Source: Octopus vulgaris (Eukaryota). From it: a stretch of DNA of 64,000 nt. The notes beneath the pieces were generated by a model, which was given only the letters and a program-made list of their open reading frames with translations, did not search any database and was not told the DNA's origin. The DNA is taken from contig OX597840.1 of assembly GCA_951406725.2 (NCBI GenBank), positions 31,620,001 through 31,684,000 of the forward strand, written 5' to 3'. The position numbers and the translations under genes were made by a program. This document shows positions 56,048-64,000 of this stretch, piece after piece (positions within the stretch are counted from its first letter, which is position 1; the number at the start of each line of letters is the position of its first letter).

Positions 56048-56206
56048 TCTTAGTGGTTATTTTGAAATAGAGATGAAAGAGAAACTAATCAATTAAATGC
56101 TTCTATAGATTCTATAATTAAAAGGCAGGCACACATGGTTACTAGAAAGAGCAGCGAGTATTTTGAAAACAGTAATAATAAATATAATTAACAAAAATAT
56201 AAAACA

Positions 56207-56647
56207 GACGCAGGAGTGGCTGTGTGGTAAGTAGCTTGCTAACCAACCACATGGTTCCGGGTTCAGTCCCACTGCGTGGCACTTTGGGCAAGTGTCTTCT
56301 GCTATAGCCCCGGGCCGACCAATGCCTTGTGAGTGGATTTGGTAGACGGAAACTGAAAGAAGCCTGTCGTATATATGTATATATATTTATAAGTGTGTGT
56401 GTATATGTTTGTGTGTCTGTGTTTGTCCCCCTAGCATTGCTTGACAACCGATGCTGGCGTGTTTACGTTCCCGTCACCTAGCGGTTCGGCAAAAAGAGAC
56501 CGATAGAATAAGTACTGGGCTTACAAAGAATAAGTCCCGAGTTGCTCGATTTGCTCGACTAAAAAAGGCGGTGCTCCAGCATGGCCGCGCAGTCAAATGA
56601 CTGAAACAAGTAAAAGAGTAAAAGAGAGAGAAAAGAGTAAAAAGAGA
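56207..56647 (+). mobile_element. SINE family A, full length
   Basis: Family A sequence. Confidence 0.92.
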
Positions 56648-56897
56648 ATGTTAATTAGAATTTTAAAACTGTTTGATTTACTTCTATTATATTCCTACTT
56701 AGCTCTTGCAAGTTCTTATTCTTGACTCGGCATATTTTGTATTTTGTATGTTTCTTCATTCGCATTTGCTCAAAATTCAACTACTGTTTATATCTATTTC
56801 TACGCTACAGCCATCCTCTTGCATCCAATATCCTTTTAAAAATTAATTAACCCATCAGATGTAAATGTTTATTCGTTGAATTGGTATCCACAAATGA

Positions 56898-56898
56898 T

Positions 56899-56946
<48 letters not shown>

Positions 56947-56986
56947 CATAGGCATATACAGACATATATATATATATATATATAAA

Positions 56987-57025
<39 letters not shown>

Positions 57026-57133
57026 TATATATATATACATATGCATATACATACATATACATATATATACATGTGCATATACATACACACACACACACAC
57101 ACATATATTATATATATATATATACATACATAC

Positions 57134-57191
<58 letters not shown>

Positions 57192-57212
57192 GCATATATA
57201 TATATATATATA

Positions 57213-57272
<60 letters not shown>

Positions 57273-57283
57273 CATATGCATAC

Positions 57284-57331
<48 letters not shown>

Positions 57332-57480
57332 TGAAATTAATAACGATTAGCAGTACGGAGTTTTGCACTCCAAAGTTTTATACTGTTAATCACTGCGTTT
57401 TTCATGAAGACCCACGCACGTTTCCGCTGCAATATGTGCGTCTGTGCATGTGTGCGTGGGTGTGTGTGTGTATATATATG

Positions 57481-57524
<44 letters not shown>

Positions 57525-57645
57525 TTATATGTATATGTATATATATATATATATGTATATATATATGTGTGTGTATATGTATATATATATATAGGCAAAT
57601 ATATAGGCGTGTATGTGTGTGTAAGTATGTGTGTGCGTATATACA
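56898..57645. repeat. (TA)n-rich microsatellite field
   Basis: Direct reading. Confidence 0.9.
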
Positions 57646-57661
57646 TGATATACTTTTTTTG

Positions 57662-58041
57662 GGAAGCACTCCGTCCGTTACGACGAGGGTTCCGGTTGAT
57701 CCGATCAACGGAACAGCTTGCTCGTGAAATTAACGTGTAAGTGGCTGAGCACTCCACAGACACGTGTACCTTTAACGTAGTTCTCGGGGATATTCAGCGT
57801 GACACAGAGAGTGACAAGGCCGGCCCTTTGCAATACAGGTACAACAAAAACAGGAAGTAAGATTGAGAGAAAGTTGTGGTGAAAGAGTACAGCAGGGATC
57901 ACCACCATCCCCTGCCGGAGCCTCGTGGAGCTTTTAGGTGTTTTCGCTCAATAAACACTCACAACGCCCGGTCTGGGAATCGAAACCGCGATCCTATGAC
58001 CGCGAGTCCGCTGCCCTAACCACTGGGCCATTGCTCCTCCA
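57662..58041 (-). mobile_element. SINE family C, full length
   Basis: Reverse complement of family C. Confidence 0.9.
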
Positions 58042-58492
58042 CGTTGGGTTCACTATCATATGCTGCTTATGCCATACCATCCGTAAATTTGCACCTACTC
58101 GCTGGCACTTTAGATATGAATATTCACCTCTGTAACACGGACCATACCTTCAAATCCACCAATGTATTTCTATGTAAATATAATGTGTATTTCTAGGTAA
58201 ACATAATTCGAACTACTACCTAAATTCACCCTTCCTAACAACTCCTCCCAAGAACGACTATACACACCTCTTCACCATTTGATGAAGTAACATGGATCCT
58301 GGAATACATCACGGGAAATTTGTAGCTTATTTTCCCTTCCTATACCTAATTTTATTTTAATAAGCTGTACTTCTCCCACAGCCTCATATTTGCTCCTATT
58401 CTTTTTCTGCCCTTTTTAATAATGACAAATATACAGGACCTATTCTATTGTTAACTGTTTATTATATGTATTAGCCCTCCTAACCACTTAGA

Positions 58493-58616
58493 CCCTCTGA
58501 AGAAGCCCAGATGCACACTAAACATCCAAACCTTATCTGCCCATCCCTACATAACACTGAAGAGATGGAAATGGCATGGGCGATTTCGTTGCGTCTTCGC
58601 AGAAACGGCCGTAAGA
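58493..58616 (+). ncRNA. Degenerate hammerhead-like motif with large stem II
   Basis: CCCT-CTGAAGA-(GCCCA..TGC/GCATGGGC stem)-GAAA-C-GGCC-G-TA-AG; helix I weak. Confidence 0.4.
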
Positions 58617-59053
58617 AACTGGTCTTTTTCTCTTTTCTGTAATATCAATAGATGTGTGTGTAACATATAGTTACTACACGTGTATGTTTTCTTCTAATAC
58701 TTTCTAATGCTATGGAATAGACAGACTAGAATGCCTAACGAATGATGTATGTGATTTTGCATCCTCTCCATTCTCTTATTTGCCGTTTAAATTAAGGGTA
58801 AACCAGATTTTACCCCTGTCCATATATGACACCGAATTGCGAGATTGCCACGCAAAAACCAGCATTTTGGTATGAATAATTGGATACACTACTAGCAATA
58901 AATGGGATAGGCACAATCCCTTATTTGGTTGGTTTCCCAACCTCTAACTCTCACAAAATTAAAATTTCATTACTGTGTATGATCAAAAATGTCTGATGAA
59001 CGGTTACGTGAATGTCTGAGCAACAATTTGTGAAGTATTTTACAGCTTTAAAA

Positions 59054-59054
<1 letters not shown>

Positions 59055-59097
<43 letters not shown>

Positions 59098-59098
59098 A

Positions 59099-59181
<83 letters not shown>

Positions 59182-59253
59182 TAATAATAATAATAATAGT
59201 AAGCCATCTCAGAAAACTGATGATTTTTCTTATATGGAGTATATATATATAGA

Positions 59254-59296
<43 letters not shown>

Positions 59297-59319
59297 AGTA
59301 TATATGTACATATACATAT

Positions 59320-59359
<40 letters not shown>

Positions 59360-59419
59360 GTATATATATATATACATACATACATATATATATGTACATA
59401 TATAAACATATATATATAT

Positions 59420-59518
<99 letters not shown>

Positions 59519-59615
59519 CACACACATATATATACATATATATATATATATATTCATATATATATATACATATATATATACATATATATATGCATATATA
59601 CATACATACATATAC

Positions 59616-59648
<33 letters not shown>

Positions 59649-59680
59649 TACATACATGTATACATACATATATACATGTA
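59055..59680. repeat. (AGT)n, (AAT)n and (TA)/(CA) microsatellites
   Basis: Direct reading. Confidence 0.95.
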
Positions 59681-59794
59681 CAAAAAAATAGCTTCCCCCA
59701 GATGTACCACCACAGCAACATGTGCGTAAAAATGTAAATTTAAAATTTTAATTATACATACATCCATGTTTATACAAGACCTCTATGTATATAT

Positions 59795-60004
59795 ATTTCT
59801 TTACTACCCACAAGGAGGTATATATTATACAAGACCTCTATATATTTCTTTACTACCCACAAGGGGCTAAACACAGACGGGATAAACAAGGACAGACAAA
59901 CGGATTAAGTCGATTATATCGACCCCAGTCTGTAACTGGTACTTAATTTATCGACCCCGAAAGGATGACAGGCAAAGTCGACCTCGGCGGAATTTGAACT
60001 CGGA
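59795..60004 (-). mobile_element. 5'-truncated SINE B with duplicated 3' junction
   Basis: ACCTCTATGTATATAT on both sides (TSD-like); 3' end plus flank repeated at about 59826-59862. Confidence 0.8.
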
Positions 60005-60095
60005 ACCTCTATGTATATATGCCCATTGCTGTTTCTTCTCGGTTTATCGCTGATACATCAATGGTAATTTTAACTGCGAAAGAAACATCAATATG

Positions 60096-60484
60096 GGTGC
60101 AAGAGTGGCTGTGTGGTAAGTAGCTTGCTAACCAACCACATGGTTCCGGCAGAAAAGTTAGCACGCCGGGCGAAATGCTTAGCGGTATTTCGTCCGCCTC
60201 TACTTTCTGAGTTCAAATTCCGCCGAGGTCGACTTTGCCTTTCATCCTTTCGGGGTAGATTTAATAAGTACCAGTTACGCACTGGGGTCGATATAATCGA
60301 CTTAATCCGTTTGTCTGTCCTTGTTTGTCCCCTCTGTGTTTAGCCCCTTGTGGGTAGTAAAGAAATAGGTTCCGGGTTCAGTCCCACTGCGTGGTATCTT
60401 GGGCAAGTGTATTCTGCTATAGCCCCGGGCTGACCAATGCCTTGTGAGTAGATTTGGTAGGCGGAAACTGAAAGAAGCCCGTCG

Positions 60485-60559
<75 letters not shown>

Positions 60560-60773
60560 TTGTGTGTCTGTTTTTTGTCCCCCTAGCATTGATTGACAAC
60601 CGATGCTGGTGTGTTTACGTCCCCGTCACCTAGCGGTTCGGCAAAAGAGACCGATAGAATAAGTACTGGGCTTACAAAGAATAAGTCCCGAGTTGCTCGA
60701 TTTGCTCGACTAAAGGCGGTGCTCCAGCATGGCCGCAGTCAAATGACTGAAACAAGTAAAAGGGTAAAAGAGT
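60096..60773 (+). mobile_element. SINE A containing a nested SINE B (60150-60367)
   Basis: TSD GGTTCCGG at 60142-60149 and 60368-60375. Confidence 0.92.
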
Positions 60774-60869
60774 ATATATTTCCATTGGCAGTTTTCAGTT
60801 AAAAAAGGTAAACACTGTAAAAACGGAAACTATAACAAAACCAACCAAAAGAGAAAGAACGGTGGACAG

Positions 60870-61615
<746 letters not shown>

Positions 61616-61802
61616 AGATAACCATAAATACTACGAAATATTTGATTTATGATTTACACATACTACTGTGCAACACTCCTTCAAAAACATAGAAATAAAC
61701 TCATACCGTGAATACCCAACAGAATGAAGAAAGGACACATGTGCCATAGAAGGTCGATACCCGACAGAAGAACACAACTGGCGCTGCACACACAACAGGC
61801 AA

Positions 61803-62226
61803 TCATCATCATCATCATTGTTCGACCGTGGTCGAGACAATGGAATTTACCATGCTACGCCAGACTTCACGGTCCATCATGGCATTACGGAGGTCCTGTT
61901 ACTGGATGCCTGTATCCCTGGAGATTACATCAGGGTAGGAGAGTGTGCGCCCTCTGGTATTGCGAGTACATGGCTTCCAGAGGAGAAAAGTTGAAATTAC
62001 TTCTTTTTCAGCTCTACAACAATGTCCAACAAACTGGACTCTCCTACCTTTCACAAGAGATGACACAGGTGGTAGTTTCCCATATATTTGCATTTTGGTT
62101 GGATGGCGCCTCCACGAGAGATTTTGAGCTCTCATAAGGAGGCGAGTATAGGTTCCATCCAACTGCCTCTCGAAGAGTGTGCGCCCTCTGGTATTGCGAG
62201 CAGATGGCTTCCAGAGGAGAAGATTA
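61803..62226 (-). mobile_element. RTE-type LINE 3' end (same family as 35925-36790), including the tandem junction
   Basis: ORF 61899-62162 DGTYTRLLMRAQNLSW...; (GAT)n tail; junction CACACTCT|TCGAGAGG at about 62174. Confidence 0.9.
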
Positions 62227-62437
62227 GAAATACAGGTACAACAGAAACAGGAAGTAAGAGTGAGAGAAAGTTGTGGTGAAAGAGTACAGCAGGGATCACC
62301 ACCATCCCCTGCCGGAGCCTCGTGGAGCTTTTAGGTGTTTTCGCTCAATAAACACTCACAACGCCCGGTCTGAGAATCGAAACCGCGATCCTATGACCGC
62401 GAGTCCGCTGCCCTAACCACTGGGCCATTGCGCCTCC
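62227..62437 (-). mobile_element. SINE C 5' half fused directly to the RTE fragment
   Basis: Family C head to GTACCTGTATTTC, then RTE sequence. Confidence 0.88.
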
Positions 62438-62469
62438 ATCACAGCTGTTATACTAATACAGTATCAACT

Positions 62470-63295
62470 GATAATAGATCTATGAGGAAGAAGTGAACCA
62501 GCGAAGAAAACAGGATAGTGATATTGAACCTAAAAGAAGGGGCTATAGAAAACGGATGTCAACACTTTAGGTAGAGAAGGGTAAGTTTGAAGTGACTGAG
62601 CAGAGATTAGTAGATCAAGCTAATGGTATTGAGCTGGCAGAAACGTTAGCACGCCGGGCGAAATGCGTAGCCGTATTTCGTCTGCGTTACGTTGTGAGTT
62701 CAAATTCCGCCGAGGTCGACTTTGCCTTTCATCCTTTCGGGGTCGATAAATTAAGTATCAGTTACGCACTGGGGTCGATGTAATTGACTTAATACCTATG
62801 TCTGTCCTTGTTTGTCCCCTCTGTGTTTAGCCCCTTGTGGGTAATAAAGAAATAGGTATTTCGTCTGTCTTTATGTTCTGAGTTCAAATTCCGCCGAGGT
62901 TGACTTTGCCTTTCATCCTTTCGGAGTCGATAAATTAAGTACCAGTTACGCACTGGGGTCGATAAATTAAGTACCAGTTACGCACTGGGGTCGATAAATT
63001 AAGTACCAGTTACGCACTGGGGTCGATGTAATCGACTTAATACCTATGTATGTCCTTGTTTGTCCTCTCTGTGTTTAACCCCTTGTGGGTAGTAAAGAAA
63101 TAGGTATTAGAAGAAAGTGGATGGCAGAATTGGCGGTAGAAGAAATCACAAGAGAACTGGAAAAGAAAGACCAGGAAGTGGGAAAGGCAAACACCAACAT
63201 AAGAGACACAGCTCGAACCATAGAAGAACCTAAAGAAAAAAATAATGATAATAGCGCTACCAATAAGGAAGAGACAACTGGCACCAGCGACTTTA
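62470..63295 (+). pseudogene. R4/Dong-clade non-LTR retrotransposon N-terminal ORF remnant, split by SINE B
   Basis: After removing the SINE and one TSD copy it reads in frame EPKRRGYRKRMSTL*VEKGKFEVTEQRLVDQANGI-RRKWMAELAVEEITREL, resembling the GYRKRM..W...EQRLxDQ...I....W....E.EEI motif (recalled). Confidence 0.65.
62631..63102 (+). mobile_element. SINE family B dimer with an internal 32-bp repeat in 3 copies
   Basis: Junction at about 62856; GTCGATAAATTAAGTACCAGTTACGCACTGGG at 62926, 62958, 62990; TSD GGTATT. Confidence 0.9.
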
Positions 63296-63406
63296 GTGAT
63301 TTAAGTTCTTCACTTCTTTTATACTTTTATATTGCTTCTTTTATACTGTAATCCTTTTATGCATGTTTCGCTCTATCTCATCCCATTTCGTTTCCGTTTA
63401 TTGTAA

Positions 63407-63545
63407 GATATTCGCCTTTAGTTCGTTAATCTGCCGGATCTCTTTTATTTTTTTTGTTAGATATTCGAGTTTAGTTCGTTAATTTCTCGGGTCTTTTTTT
63501 TTTTTTTGCAACATATTCACTTTTAATTCGTTAATATCCCGGATC
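63407..63545. repeat. Degenerate repeat of about 53 bp, 3 copies
   Basis: ATATTC...TTTA(G/A)TTCGTTAAT....CGG(A/G)TC recurs three times. Confidence 0.7.
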
Positions 63546-64000
63546 AGCGGATCATCTTAAATTTACTTTCTGACAGTCGGTTGTTGTTACTGTTCAGTGA
63601 GTACACTTACTCTTTTACTTTTTGTTGTGGAAGGATTCCGACCACCCCACAAGTGAATAAAGGTAGACCGACTCATTGTTATAAATTAAAGAACTGTTAG
63701 CGAGTGACAGTTCGTGTTGGCAGCAGTTCACTGCGAGCCTTTGATATAGATCATTGAGCCTTGTGTAAGGGTAATAGTAGTGCATTGTGTATATACTTTC
63801 TTCCCCCATTCTTCGTTTATACTACATCAGAAGGTTTTAGATGAGTTGCAGGAAGTAGTGAGTAAAAGAGTAAGGAAAAAGATTGACGGTATTAAAAGGC
63901 ACCAACAGAAGGAAGCTGCTAGAAATGACTAGGAAAGTAGATTCTGTTGTCAGTAGGATAGATACTAAAAATATAAGAGACACTAATTTACTGATATATG

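Overview
AT-rich, repeat-saturated eukaryotic DNA (intronic or intergenic). I can support no intact host protein-coding exon, rRNA, true tRNA or CRISPR array. The repeat repertoire looks like an octopus or other coleoid cephalopod genome; this is recalled, not searched. Contents: (i) about 40 copies or fragments of four tRNA-derived SINE families, here called A-D; (ii) decayed LINE pieces of L1/Tx1, RTE (two families), CR1 and R4/Dong type; (iii) mariner and Helitron remnants; (iv) very long micro- and minisatellites; (v) Penelope-like element (PLE) traces, namely several minimal hammerhead-ribozyme motifs and a family of short fold-back elements with a one-sided tail and about 12-bp TSDs. The most notable pattern is that three unrelated retroposons (SINE B, SINE C, an RTE 3' end) occur as head-to-tail multimers with the same junction at independent loci, which points to multimeric or circular RNA templates. 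Also notable are a CR1 3'-end array with 4-mer higher-order structure, a local SINE 3' transduction and a SINE-head/RTE-tail chimera. Coordinates were read by eye and may be off by a few bases.
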